Shown: piece by piece, positions 50,951 through 64,000 of the stretch
Layout of the letters: the number at the start of each line of letters is the position of its first letter
Position numbering within the stretch: position 1 is the stretch's first letter
Assembly: GCF_020745735.1 (NCBI RefSeq)
Contig: NC_083425.1
Location: forward strand, 41,899,575-41,963,574
Reading direction: 5' to 3'
Length of the DNA: 64,000 bases
Source: Hemiscyllium ocellatum
Lineage: Eukaryota
Program-made: the position numbers and the translations under genes
The notes under the pieces: model-generated
Database searches by the model: none
What the model was told of the DNA's origin: nothing
Seen by the model: only the letters and a program-made list of their open reading frames with translations

Positions 50951-53829
50951 AATGAATCTTTCAATGGCATCTTGTATCCACCAGATCTGCAATCTCCCAA
51001 GCTGCTTATCATTCAGTAAACTAGATAAGGACTTAAATTTACTGTTTATGTGCTTCATCTCACTCTCTCACATCCACCAATGCTGTAAGCCTCTCAGTCA
51101 CATCCTACATACTTTATACACTTTTGGCAGGAAAAAGAGTTATGTTAAACTTGTCTAGAACCTTAGGCAGATCTCTTGAGAGATCTGATGACAATTTGAA
51201 AAAATAAAGGGACAGAAGTAGGTAAATGGAAGACTTTTAATGATGGTACCAGAACAATAACATTATACTTATTAGGAAACTTAAATCAGGATGGGACTCC
51301 CTTGACCAGGAAAGAAAATTGACATGATCAATGTATTTAAGATTATGAAGAGTTTCAGCAGATTAAATGTAGGAAAGTTGGTGGAGAGAACGAAACTGAG
51401 GAAGACAAATGCAATATAGTCATGAACAAATCAAACTAGAGCAATGTCTTTACCCAGGGGATGGTTAATTTCACTTGCACAATGTAGAAGTTGAGGAGAG
51501 TCATATTTAGGGTGACGCCGTATAAACTTATGAGGCAGAAAGATGTGAATGGTTAAGATGATAGAATTAAATGAAGCAGGTTTGGAGGAAACGTCTGTGG
51601 GGTATTGGCCAGCTGGTCAAATGACTTGGACATTTTATGTAATTGAACGAACTGAAATAGTTCTGCTTTTGTCACATACAGGCAGTGTGATACTGTGTTA
51701 TAACAGGATTTACGTCATCAGGTTAGGCAATGAAGAAGGATATATCAAACACAGTGATGAAAATAATTCTTCCTTAATATCACAAATTAGCACTCAGATG
51801 AAAAGAAGCTTTTGGCACAGGGCTTGATATATTGTCAAATACTGTAATATGCATTGACAGTATTATTTCATGGTAATTGAGTTTAGATTGGCACATGGTG
51901 AATTTGCAATGATTATATCACAATCAATAATCCTAAGTGATGTTGCCATCATGAATCAAATATTTTAGCATCAAAGTCTATGCAATATGTGACAGTAGCA
52001 AAACAAGCAGATCAACAACAGAATGAAATCGTTCACAGTTATAGCACAACTTATAAACTAAAGGAAAATGTTTGGAATGATTTCAGGGACAGGGATAAAG
52101 CTTATGAAATGCTGGTTTAAGATTCCATATAGATTCTTCGATACAAACAAGGATAGTTACTATTTCTTGCATAACACATCCAGTGTCTGTTTTTGGTCAT
52201 TTAGTAATAGAAATTTTATGTCTGGCAAATTTAAAAAAAAACGGCATCTAATAAGTTCTAATCAATACACATTGCAGCATTTTCTAGAAGAGTGCTAGAA
52301 TTAGGGAATTGGTTACCACTTCACCGTACGCGAGACTCACAATTGCAGAAGTGTCATTTTTAATCAGATGATTGCAATACTCATGGTTAGCACAGAAAGC
52401 TGTGAAATTTAACATGAAATGTCAAGCAGCCCTGGGTAAAATGGTTATTATATTTTAATAACGGTTTTTAAAACTATGTACATTTAGGCTAATTTCTTGT
52501 TTCTAGGCAGGTCTCATTAATTACAAATCTTTGAAAGGGAATTTTTTTTACAAAATGAGATAATTAAAAGCCCACACTCTCTTAGAGCTGTGGGTGAGAA
52601 GGCTGCACTTGACTGCCAAAGTTTGCACTCTTACCAAGGGCGCACACATTGTTTTCCTGCATAATCCTATATACAGATAATAATGCTGAACTGCATTCTC
52701 TATGATTCTAAACTTGTGTAATTAATAAAAATTCTATTCTTGAAATATGATGTTTGATATCCCAGATGATGACCATGTGTCTTTTTTAATAGGTTGCCTT
52801 TGATAGATTTCAGTCTGTTCTGATCCTAACTTTGGCCTTTACTCTGATGGGGAGAACTCACTTCAAACATTGCAATTAGTTGAACAAAAAGAAATACTTC
52901 CTTCAACAGGATCACGCAGACTCACAACCTGTACTGCCTACAAAGACAAGGGCTGCAGATGAATATTACTATTAACAAAATCCACTCCAAGGCACACACC
53001 AACCTGACTTAGAAATATATTGCTACTCCTTTATAGTTGTTTGGTCAAAAACCTGGAAATTCCTCCCTAACAGCACTGTGGGTCTACCTACACCTTACTA
53101 TAGGCAGGCATTCACCAAGGCTCACTATCACCTTCTCCAGCTCAATTAGGATTGGACAATAAATGCTAACAAAGCCAACGACATCCACGTCCCTTGACCA
53201 AATTAAAAAAAAGTCGTTCTTTACAAAATCTTTACAAGCATGCTTTGATCTTGACAATTTAGATCTATAATTAACATTTTTTTTCATATCCACTAAATAT
53301 TTGGTATTTTTCCAGTGGTTTCATTTTCAAAACAGAAGTGTAAGTACAAAACTGAATGAAACCTGAAAATGTGAACTCAGACGTTACAAACTAGAAATGC
53401 AGGCACTGTCAGATGGGTGGGGTCATTGCACAAACAACTGATCTGTAGAGCTTAGAACAAGGCGTAAGCCTCATTAGTAATGAACTATTAAAAGTTTAAA
53501 GTGCGTTAAGAGATTAGTGATTTACACACCATCAGGACAGTCCTGAACATTGTCAATATAACTAAATTTCTATTTGGGGAGTCAGATTGGCAGATGTTTA
53601 GAACATCAGTTGTACATATCTAAAAATCTAAAAACAAATTCAAGAACCACGGAAAAACAAGACTTAAAAATTAACACACTGAATCCAGGTGGATTGAAGG
53701 TGCTTTTTAAATGCAAGTTGCTATGGATGTAAGTTCTTTTATAATGGATGGGCTTTTTCAAATTTTTAAAGGTAAATTAACACTTTCTTTCTCCAAAAAA
53801 CCTCACAACATTTTCAGGTGCTACATAGA

Positions 53830-54050
53830 GACACAGTTTGCTGGATGGCTGGTTTGTGATGTATAGTGACTCCAACATCTTAGATTCAATTCCCGCACTG
53901 GCCGAGGTAATCATGAGGGTCCTAACTTCTCAATCCCACTCCTCACCTGAGGGGTGGTGACCCTCAGGTTAAACCCACCACCTGTCATCTCTCTCTCTCT
54001 GTCTCAAATGAGAAAGTAATCTCATGGTTCTCTGGGACGATGGTGACTTT
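53830..54050 (+). mobile_element. tRNA-derived SINE; second copy inverted at ~55500-55660
   Basis: B-box-like gattcaattcccgc, and the shared core ggtgaccctcaggttaaa...catctctct in both copies. Confidence 0.55.
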
Positions 54051-54819
54051 ATAAAAAGAAAAGTGTTGGCCCTATTAGGTAGAGCAAAACCTCAAAGCTG
54101 TCAATGGACTGAAGTTTGCAGGATTGACATGAAATACGATCATACTGAATGAAACTTGAAAATGCAAACTCAGACTATACAAAGTAGTATTCAAGCATTG
54201 ACAGGTGGGTGGGTTTACAGAGCAAACAGTAGAGTTTGGAGAGCTTATAGTGGCACAGCATGCTGCCTCACAATGCCAGGGACCTGGGTTTGATTCCAGC
54301 CTTGGGTGAAATGTATTGCTGAGTAAGTTTAGAATTTAACCTTAAAACCAAAAATCACGTAAAAATTATGCATTCGGACAATGTCACATCTGCATTCAAT
54401 TCTGTTAAAGTTGAATCATATGAGCAGTTACACTGCATTGATTCAGAGTTGTCTCTACTTTACAAACCCTAGATTTATAAATTGACTGATGGCAACAAGA
54501 GCATTGAATCTATTCCAATGAGTATTTTGTAACTTTTTAAAAAATATGACATACAGGCTCCTTCAGGTTGGATGCAGAGCAAGGTGTAGATGATCAAACT
54601 ATCCAAAGCTATATAAGCACTGTGCATTATAAATGAAATATTTTTGAAAGCAGGCACAACATTTTTACCATAAGCCTATACTTTAACCACATCAATTTGA
54701 ATAACCTCTCAGCGTTCATTAGTATGTGAGACCACACCATTACCAATGATTCTGCATGTTGAAAACATAAAGTGCAAGCTAAACTCACGATGGTTGAAAT
54801 TTTGTTCCGTAGCAAGTAA

Positions 54820-55400
54820 TTCCATCTCCCCGCCTTACAACAATCTGAGTCTAAAATAGACTGTTAGTAATCTTGGTATTCTGTTGGACCCTGAACTCAG
54901 CTTCTAAGCTGTATCTTCTTCATCACCAAGAGCCCTTGCTTTTACCTCTTTACTGTCACTCATTTCCATCTCTGTCTCAGCTCATTTGCTGATCAGTCCA
55001 CATCTGTTCACTTCAGATATCCAATGCTGTCCAGCTGGCCTACCTACTGCCTCCAAAATTTCCATTTCGATCTTTGCTGCCCATATCCCACTTTGTACAA
55101 AGACCTATTCCCTATCATGTCTGTGACTTGCATTAGCTCTCAGTCTAACAATGCCCCAAGTTTAAAACTCTGATTTTCACATTCAAGTCCTCCACAAACA
55201 CGTTTATCCCTGTCTCTGTAGCTTCCTCAAACTCCACGACTCTCCAAGGTGTCTCCATTCCTCTCTGTCTGGTCTGATTGGCGTGCCTGATTGATTTCAC
55301 TTCACCACTGGCTGCACTATCAGCAATCCAGGCCACAAGCTTTACACTTCTCCACATCTCTCTCCTCTTCAAAGACTCCCCTTACACTCCCATCTCTTTG
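54820..55400 (+). mobile_element. Degenerate L2-clade LINE 3' fragment
   Basis: aatcttggtattctgttggaccctgaactcagcttc..atcaccaag..tttaaaactctgattttcacattcaagtccctcc, typical of an L2 RT C-terminus. Confidence 0.55.
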
Positions 55401-55939
55401 GCTGCCTGTCCAAATATTTCTTGAGGTACCATCATGCCAAGTTTTGCTTACAGGAAGCATCCCGGGACACTAAGAAGGTAAAATCCTCATAGTCCTGCTC
55501 TCTCACATTAGAGAGATGACTTGTGGTCATTTAACCTGAGGGTCACCAGACCTCAAGCTAGGGAACAGATTGCAAAGATAATGGTAACATTAGCCTCTGC
55601 GGGAATTGAACTTGTACAGTTGTCATCCCTAGTTGTCCAGTCAACTAAACTGACTGACCCTGGAACACATTGAAGCGAGCTAATAAATGCAATGTATTGT
55701 TGGGTTGTGGCCAATGCTCCCTTCCTAAGTAGGAATTGATTGGGGGTGGTTGGGTAAGAGATTTCGACATAGCCCGTTTACCAGACTGCTGGCTTCCTAA
55801 AGAACAGCCATGGATTTACTCTGCCGAATTCTCCCAATTGACCCATACCAGTCTACTTTCATAGCTCGCTTGGAGATTATTTCCTTGTGGAGTTGTTGTG
55901 CTAGGTTTGGGTGTAGCTAACAGTCTGCAGGAGGCACCA

Positions 55940-56830
55940 AGCCCTTTTTGCCTTCAGAGTGATAATTGCATTGGGGCTGCTGTTCCAGCTGTTCCTGCAC
56001 AGGCTCCATCCGCCACCGCATCGCCCTCGATCTGAACGCCTGGAAATTCTGCACCGAAATCCCCCACCCTCCCCAATGCTGAAGATCAGTGTCCCGCACA
56101 ATTCACCAGCCGCCCACTCGGCCCATCGTGTCCACGGCTATTGTTTCTGGCAGTCTCATCCTGACAGACCAGCCTTATTGACCAGGGGGACCTCAGCGGG
56201 ATATCACCCACATGCCTGTTTATTCATTCACCCCCCTCCCTCCCTCCACCTTCACAACCTCTGAGCCCGTCCTCGGCAGAACTGGAGCGATACCTGACAT
56301 TCTGGAAAGATTTTGGGCAGCTCGCAACCAGCTCCTAACTTGGCCTCAAATTCTAAGTATTTGGGGTTAAAAAAAAGTTGAAGGGCAGTTGGCGTCTCGT
56401 TTCAGACTCGCATTATCCCTCCCAGCGCCAGCCTGTGTTTGTAAACAGTGGCGACTTTTGCCTGAAAGTATGGGATTAACATATCTGGGGGAGAAATAGG
56501 AAATTGAACGACCGTATTCCACTATTTCCAACACACAAACTGTGCTTTCTGTCTCTAACTCCTCAGGTCCTTGCCCTCACCGATTACTGTCGTTACTATT
56601 TTCCATCGCCTTCTGATTACTTACCCACATCAGCCTCACAGGAGATACTCACTTTAATCTCCTGTCTGTTTCTCTCTCTCTCTTTAACGACCGGTCTTTG
56701 AAATGCCCCGCCAGGTAAATGGACTAATGCTGTGCTGTAAGGTCTGGCACAGGAGGAAGCATAGCTCAGTGCTGAACAGCCACGGATGCTTCGTAATCTG
56801 AGCATGGACAGGGAGGTCCTTTCCACAGGG
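55940..56830 (-). promoter_or_regulatory. GC/CpG-enriched non-repeat island; candidate PIRT promoter or non-coding first exon
   Basis: Locally CpG-rich unique sequence 7-8 kb upstream of the PIRT acceptor. Minus-strand donor-like sites AAA|gtgagt (~56653) and TGG|gtaagt (~56625). Confidence 0.4.
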
Positions 56831-58349
56831 CGGATAAACTGAATGACATCATCGATGGGCTCGGCTCAGGTTAGAAACTGCAGCTTTTGGAGGGAATTCA
56901 TGTCATGCTTGCAGTATTAAAGTTTCCAGCACATTGTAAGGAGATGGCTCACATCATTTCATAGAAGCGCAGAATCCCTACAGTGGGGAAGCAGGCCATT
57001 CAGCCCATCAAGTCCACACCGACCCTCCAAAGAGCGTCCCACCCAGACCTAAGCCTCTCCCCCGCTATCCTAACCCTGCTAAAGTTGGTCTCCGTTTGGC
57101 TCCTGAGTGCTCTGCATCTGCTGCACAGGCATAACATTAATGGAAACTGTTATACATTTGAAATTCTTTGCATTCATCCCTGTGTTGAGATGCTGGTTTA
57201 AGGGAATAAGAAGTTCCTTCTGCCCGCACCCCCAGCCTGCATTCAGTATCATAAACACCCTGTCTTACTGCACTTCCCCAACAGCACTCAAGGAGACATC
57301 AAGGAGAAAGCCTTTGCTCAATTATCTACCTTCATCTGGAATGTTCCTGCTCTTCGCTGGTGCCCAGTGGCTCACTTGCTAAGGCACCTTCCAAAATGGT
57401 GATCTCCATCATCTAGAAGGGCAAGGGCAGCAGATGCATGGGAATATCACTAACTACAAGCTCCCCTTCCCCACCCCCAATCCAAGCCACAAACCATCCT
57501 GACTTGGAATCATATGATGTTACTTTTCTGATGCAGGATTAAAATGCTGGAACTCCCTGTCTGTCTATGTACCTACACCACATGGGGAATATTGGACCAG
57601 CCATGATCTTATTGAATGGCAGAGCAGGTTGAAGGGCCAAACAGCCTACTCCTGTTCCTAATTTATCTTATGTTATTATGGACTGCAGAGGTTCCAGAAT
57701 GTCACCCCTTCTCCACAGCGATTAGGGATTGGTAATAAATGCTGGCCTAGCCAGTGATGTTCACAGTTCAAACCAAAATAACGTATGAAAGGGCCAAACC
57801 TTGATATAAATAGATACAAATCATTTGCTCTATTTGTTTATAAATGCAAAACATTGAAGAAAACTATTAAAGATTTATTACAGTACTTATTTGTCACCCT
57901 GCCACAATGGAAGTGTTGTGCTACTTTCTAACCTTATCCTTTACTCATCTAAACAAGCTTTGCTGATTATTCTTGAAGAAGTCAAATATAAGCAAAACAC
58001 TACAGATGCTGGACATCTGAAACAAACACAGAAAATGCTGGAGAAACTTAACAGGTCTTCAGCATCTCTGAGGAGAGAAACCCCTGAGGAGAGATAGTTT
58101 GAGTCTGATATGACTCTTCTTCACAAAAGGTAATGCTGAAGAACTTTGGCAGCTGGCTAATGCAGTGCCTATTTTATAGCTGGGCAGCAAGTTGAGATGT
58201 ACCTGTACAAAGCCACAGTCTGACTTTACCTATAACATGGTACAGGTACTAAACTTAGACTTCGTTAAAATTTGTTTTTAAAAAAGCGGAAGTATTGGAA
58301 AAAGTTTGTTGCTCTGGTAGTCTCTTTGAGAAAGAAAGAGTTATATTTT

Positions 58350-58645
58350 AAGATTAGATTATTTACAGTATGGAAATAGGCCCTTCGGCCCAATATGTCC
58401 ACATCAACCTTCCGAAGAGTAACCCACCCAGACCCAATCCCTTGCCCTATATTTACCCCTGACTACAGGCAATTCAGCCTGGCCAATTCACCTAACCTGC
58501 ACATCTTTGGACTGTGGGAGGAAACCCATGCAGACACAGGGAGAATGTTCAAACTCCACACAGACAGTCACCTGAGGTGGGAATCAAACCTGGGTCCCTG
58601 GTGCTGTGAGGCAGCCGTGCTAACCACTGAGCCACCGTGCTGGCC
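58350..58645 (-). mobile_element. HE1/V-SINE inside an older Penelope-derived repeat
   Basis: Head, V-domain (partial deletion) and tail. Flanks 58290-58345 and 58660-58810 resemble pLTR-derived arms. Confidence 0.85.
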
Positions 58646-60484
58646 CTTTTTTTCTATATATTAAAGAAAGTCTTCCAATCTATTGGACTCATACTGGACT
58701 CAAAATGTTAACTCTTGTTTTTCTTTCCACAGATGCTGCTAGACTGGCTGATTTTCTACACATTGTCTGTTTTTTATTTTCAGATCATCAGCATCCATAG
58801 TACTTTGCTTCAATTTTGGAGTTTGTAAGAATGTTTAATACAACAAATGAAAATCTCAGACTATGCTTTCTAGTACAGATCTGACCATTTTGGATGGGTT
58901 GAGCTTTTTGTTATAGATTTGTTGATTGACAAATGGACCAATTAGAAGTTTGATTTGTGGTTCTTGGTCATTAAGCCTCAGAAACAAAAAAACTGAGGGA
59001 TCATCATTTTAAAAAGGCATCTCTGGATATCAGTGAGTGTATGTCTGTGCAATGCTCCATTCTCTGTGGCCAGAACATGGTTTGAAGGTAACAACATTGG
59101 GTGAGTTTGCCAAACATGTATCTCTCTTAGCAAATGCTATTAACTGTACCAAATGTAAACCACTAAGTGTGTGATAAATGGTGTTTTGCAAATCAACTTT
59201 ACGTTTGACAATGATTGTTAATACTTGAACCCTGCTTGTTACTAATAGCAGAATAACTGTTCGGTATAACTCCCCATTGAGAATTAAAACGAATGCATTA
59301 TAGAACTAGCTTTTCAAGAGGAAAAGCCTTTCACTCTAGGATTTAGGGATAGAGTGGGTAATGGGATAGACTGGATTACTCTTTGAAACTCAATGAGTTG
59401 ATCAGTTTCCTTCTTTGCTGTAAATGTGCCTGTTTGCTGTGAGCAACAATAACAGGATTGAGGGCCTACTTAAATTATTATCTCATTGCATCCTTGTTAT
59501 TCACCTATGAGGTGATCTTACTTCATACGTTGATGGTATTCTCTGCTTCCAGAATGCAGTTATTTTCTCTTCCTTTCCATTTCTGCATCCTCACGGTTTA
59601 ATGCATTTCTGACATGGCTCTTAGTTATACTAGAAAGACACTTCTTTGGCTGTAAAGTGCTTTGGGACATCCTGCTGCTGTGAAAGCCACGATATAATTG
59701 CCATTTTTTTCATACTTTGAATGTGAAATGATAGTTTAATTATATATTGTGGGATGAAGTAGTGATTTCCTACTTGGGGAGAAAAGATTTTGTCTGTTTC
59801 TGGGTCTTATGAAATCATATATCTTGTTCTTGTAAATTGTGTGTACAATTTCACTGCACAGCTTAACTGAAGCAATCTGTTTATATGTGATTTTCCAGTT
59901 TAAAGCTTATCTTCCAAAATAGATAATTTATGAGAAATTAATTATCTTCACATTGATTATTTTTTATACAAATATAGGTTAGAACAGTATTTTTACAGAT
60001 CAAGTTACACACCCATTGTGTAGAATTATTCTCAATAGTTTTTAAGGATTTATTGTGAGAGTACTTAGTTTCAAAAGAAACAATGACTATTTCCCCCGTG
60101 CCAGTATTTCATTAATTCGGATGAGCATTGCTCAACTTCAGTATTATTTCTTTGGAAATTATTACTCAAAAGGGATCCATCAAAGGTAAATTTCTCCGTG
60201 TACAGTTATTGCAGTGAAAAACTGTTGGACGTATTTATTTATGACAGGGCAATGAGTCAGTGTTTCTGGAAGCATTGAGCAGAGTTCCAGCATCTGCTGC
60301 TCCTTGTTTTATTATCTTCAACCCTTGCAGCATTTGAGTTCTCCCTACAGATTGTGCAGAGCTACACTCAGAGAGTGTGATGAACATTGGGAATAGAATT
60401 GTGATTTGAAATGCACTGCTTGAAAGGATGGTGGATTTGTAAGTTTCAAAAGTGGGACAAATATATTAGATACAATTTACAGCA

Positions 60485-62467
60485 CAGAAGAAGGACAATA
60501 GGAAGCATATGTTGGGTATAGACAGGATAGATCGAGTGAATTCTTAGAAGAGTATAAAGGAAGTAGGAGTATACTTAAGAGGTAAATCAGGAGGGTAAAA
60601 CGAGGACATGAGATAGCTTTGGCAAATAGAATTAATGAGAATCCAAAGGGTTTTTACAAATACATTAAGGACAAAAGTGTAACTAGGGAGAGAATAGGGC
60701 CCCTCAACGATCAGCAAAGCGGCCTTTGTGTGGAGCTGCAGAAAATGGGGGAGATACTAAATGAGTATTTTACATCAGTATTTACTGTGGAAAAGGATAT
60801 GGAAAATATGGACTATAGGGAAATAGATGGTGACATCTTGCAAAATGCCCATATTACAGAGGAGGAAGTGCTGGATGTCTTGAAACGGTTAAAGGTGGAT
60901 AAATCCCCAGGACCTGATCAGGTGTACCTGAGAACTCTGTGGGAAGCTAGAGAAGTGATTGCTGGGCCTCTTGCTGAGATATTTGTATCATCGATAGTCA
61001 TAGGTGAGGTGCCGGAAGACTGGAGGTTGGAAAATGTGATGCCACTGTTTAAGAAGGGTGGTAAAGACAAGCCAGGGAACTATAGATTAGTGAGCCTGAC
61101 CTCGGTGGTGGGCAAGTTGTTGGAGGGAATCCTGAGGTACAGGATGTACATGTATTTGGAAAGGCAAGGACTGATTCGGGATAATCAACATGGCTTTGTG
61201 TGGGGAATCATGTCTCACAAACTTGATTGAGTTTTTTTGAAGAAGTAACAAAGAGGATTGATGAGGGCAGAACAGTAGATGTGATCTATATGGACTTCAG
61301 TAAGGCATTGACAAGGTTCCCCATGGGAGACTGATTAACCAGGTTAGATCTCATGGAATACAGGGAGAACTAGCCATTTGGATACAGAACTGGCTCAAAG
61401 GCAGAAGACAGAGGGTGGTTGTGGAGGGTAGATTTCAGACTGGAGGCCTGTGACCAGTGGAGTGCCACAAGGGTCAGTGCTGGGTCCACTACTTTTCATC
61501 ATTTATATAAATGATTTGGGTGTGAGCATAAGAGGTACAGTCAGTAAGTTTGCAGATGACACCAAAATTGGAGGTGTAGTGAACAGCGAAGTGGGTTACC
61601 TCAGATTACAACAGAATCTGGACCAGATGGGCCAATGGGCTGAGAAGTGGCAGATGGAGTTTAATTCAGATAAATGCGAGGTGCTGCATTTTGGGAAAGC
61701 AAATCTTAACAGGACTTATACACCTAATGGTAAGGTCCTAGAGTGTGTTGCTGAACAAAGAGACCTTGGTTCATAGCTCCTTGAAAGTGGAGTCGCAGGT
61801 AGATAGGATAGTGAAGAAGGCATTTGGTATGCTTTCCTTTATTTTTCAGAGTATTGAGTCCAGGAGTTGGGAGGTCATGTTGCGGCTGTACAGGACATTG
61901 GTTAGACTGCTGTTGGAATATTGCGTGCAGTTCTGGTCTCCTTCCTATCGGAAAGATGTTGTGAAACTTGAAAGGGTTCAGAAAAGATTTACAAGGATGT
62001 TGCCTGGGTTGGAGGATTTGAGCTATAGGGAGAGACTCTACAGACTGGGTCTATTTTCCCTGGAGTGTCGGAGGCTGAGGGGTGACCTTATAGAGGTTTA
62101 CAAAATTATGAGGGGCATGGATAGGGTAAATAGACAAAGTCTTTTCCCTGGGGCTGGAGAGTCCAGAACTAGAGGGCGTAGGTTTAGGGTGAGAGGGGAA
62201 AGATATAAAAGAGACCTACGGGTCAACCGTAGGTCTCAACAGAGGGTGGTACGTGTATGGAATGAGCTGCCAGTGGAAGTGGTGGAGGCTGGTACAATTG
62301 CAACATTTAAGAGGCATTTGGATAGGTATATGAATAGGAAGGGTTTAGACGGATATGCGCCGGGTGCTGGCAGGTGGGACTAGATTGGATTGGGATATCT
62401 GGTCAGCATGGACGGGTTGGACCGAAGGGTCTGTTTCCATGCTGTACATCTCTATGATTCTATGACT
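60485..62467 (+). mobile_element. CR1-clade LINE (HER1-like), 5'-truncated, RT region plus 3' tail; frameshifted
   Basis: KSPGPD, NYRLVSLTSVVGKLLE, SGVPQGSVLGPLLF..YINDL, KFADDTK, RRLRGDLIEVYKIM, WNELP. (attctatg) tail. Confidence 0.95.
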
Positions 62468-63366
62468 ATTTAGCACAATTAGTCTGTTCTAAGCACCACT
62501 TGCTCAATGTCCTATTCCAATGGTCTTGGTTTAGCCTTTCAGCCTCACTTACTATTCCCCCATGGACTTATATAGTTTCCTTTCTGATGTGTATAACCAC
62601 ACCTTGTGGTGGTTAGTTCCTCATTCTAACCATTCACACTGAATGGGAAAACTTGCTGGGCTATAAAGAAAGAGCAGAGCAGTGGGAATATAATAAGCAA
62701 AGGCAAGTACTGGAAGTACTTTGCAGTTCAGGCAGCACTGTGGAGGAAAACAAAATTAACTGTTTAAGTTGGTGGCCCTTCTAATTGGAGAACTGTTTGA
62801 ATAAGTAGACACAGGCACAATGGGACAAATGGCCTCCTCAGCAAAGTATGAGTCCAAAACCACTGCAGAATTTGTAAATTTATTCTCTTTCTCCTTAAAG
62901 TGGTCAGCGTGTATCAATGTTAAAGTATCCTGGTGGAGGTTTTGTGCTCATGTGGGGCCTGGTCTCAGTTTCTGATTTTTCCCACTGCTTCACTTTGATA
63001 TTCTGGAATTCCCTTCCCACTGAGAGGCAGGCCTCAGTTGGGCCTAACACACATACTGAGCAGTTCCTGGGTTTTGGACTGATAAGAAAGAAGCAAGCTG
63101 GGAGATCCTTAGAGAAGATAACTCAAGAATGTTAAATACATTAAAGAACATTAAACATAGTCTGGAGTTATATTCCAAATCTCCCATTTCAAGGAAGCTG
63201 TATGAGACCTTTGTGTTTTCTACATTAGAATTTGACCTGACCCTATCCATGACTTGATTTTATCTGCTGTCTCATATTACCATGTGAAAAATAGCAAGGG
63301 GAATCACTTGCTGTTATGGCTAACACTTAACCTCAAGCAGCAGAAATATAACTATTTAATTGTGGG

Positions 63367-63625
63367 GAGAAAGTGAGGTCTGCAGATGCTGGAGATCAGA
63401 GCTGAAAATGTGTTGCTGGAAAAGCACAGCAGGTCAGGCAGCATCCAAGGAACAGGAGATTCAACGTTTTGGGCATAAGCCCTTCTTCAGAAATGAGGAA
63501 AGTGTGTCCAGCAGGCTGGACACACTTTCCTCATTCCTGAAGAAGGGCTTATGCCCGAAACATCGAATCTCCTGTTCCTTGGATGCTGCTTGATCTGCTG
63601 TGCTTTTCCAGCAACACATTTTCAG
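63367..63625. mobile_element. Palindromic Penelope pLTR element with twin HHR motifs
   Basis: Hairpin 63402-63625 centred at 63513/63514. TSD TATTTAA(T/A)TGTGGG at 63353-63366 and 63626-63639. Confidence 0.88.
63533..63568 (+). ncRNA. Minimal type I hammerhead ribozyme motif
   Basis: ATTC-CTGAAGA-a-GGGC-ttat-GCCC-GAAA-C-ATC-GAAT. The mirror copy at ~63459-63494 has GAAA changed to AAAA. Confidence 0.6.
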
Positions 63626-64000
63626 TATTTAAATGTGGGACCTTGCTGTGTGCTAACTGACTTGTGGCGTTTTTTTGCCGTTACTTTCATGGCTGCACTT
63701 CAAGACAATTCATTGACCCCAAGTCCTTTGCGATGTTCCGGGGTCATTAAATGTACTATAAGAACTCAATCAATCTTCTTTCTTCCCAGAGATAAAGGGG
63801 AACATACTTAGAGATGGCTAATTTCTACCTATTCTGAGGGACACTGAGGAAAGTAACTTGAATAGCCCTGCCAGACCTGGAGGAGGTTACCAACACTTGG
63901 GTGCGATCCCTGTTCAACATGATGGATTTTTTGCACTTTAAGATCAACTGTTAAAAACAAAGACTCACCAATATAGGACATGAAAGAAATTGGGTGACAC

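Noticed and set aside
56765-56815. Possible REST/NRSE half-sites near the candidate PIRT promoter
   Set aside because: Half-sites are not in canonical orientation or spacing.
1-64000. CRISPR arrays, operons or prokaryotic defence systems
   Set aside because: The sequence is vertebrate genomic DNA and no regularly spaced repeat-spacer array was seen.

Overview
Repeat-rich, AT-rich vertebrate genomic DNA, almost certainly from an elasmobranch (shark), judged by many HE1/V-SINE copies, CR1-type LINE fragments and Penelope-like elements. Two compact single-coding-exon genes on the minus strand are clear: a TMEM238-family two-TM protein (37926-38393) and PIRT (48422-48826), in the order and orientation I recall for human TMEM238L-PIRT. 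Reading splice sites by hand reveals a third minus-strand gene that the ORF track shows only as fragments. Five phase-compatible exons between 23503 and 12022 join into a 250-aa ORF whose motifs resemble the uncharacterised DUF3314/C19orf67 (UPF0575) family. The window also holds several Penelope-like insertions with target-site duplications. Many are fold-back palindromes carrying minimal hammerhead-ribozyme motifs, and one pair is nested. Other repeats include a solo LTR and L2, Vingi-like and Harbinger Myb/SANT remnants. Repeat boundaries are approximate, and homology calls come from recalled motifs, not database searches.
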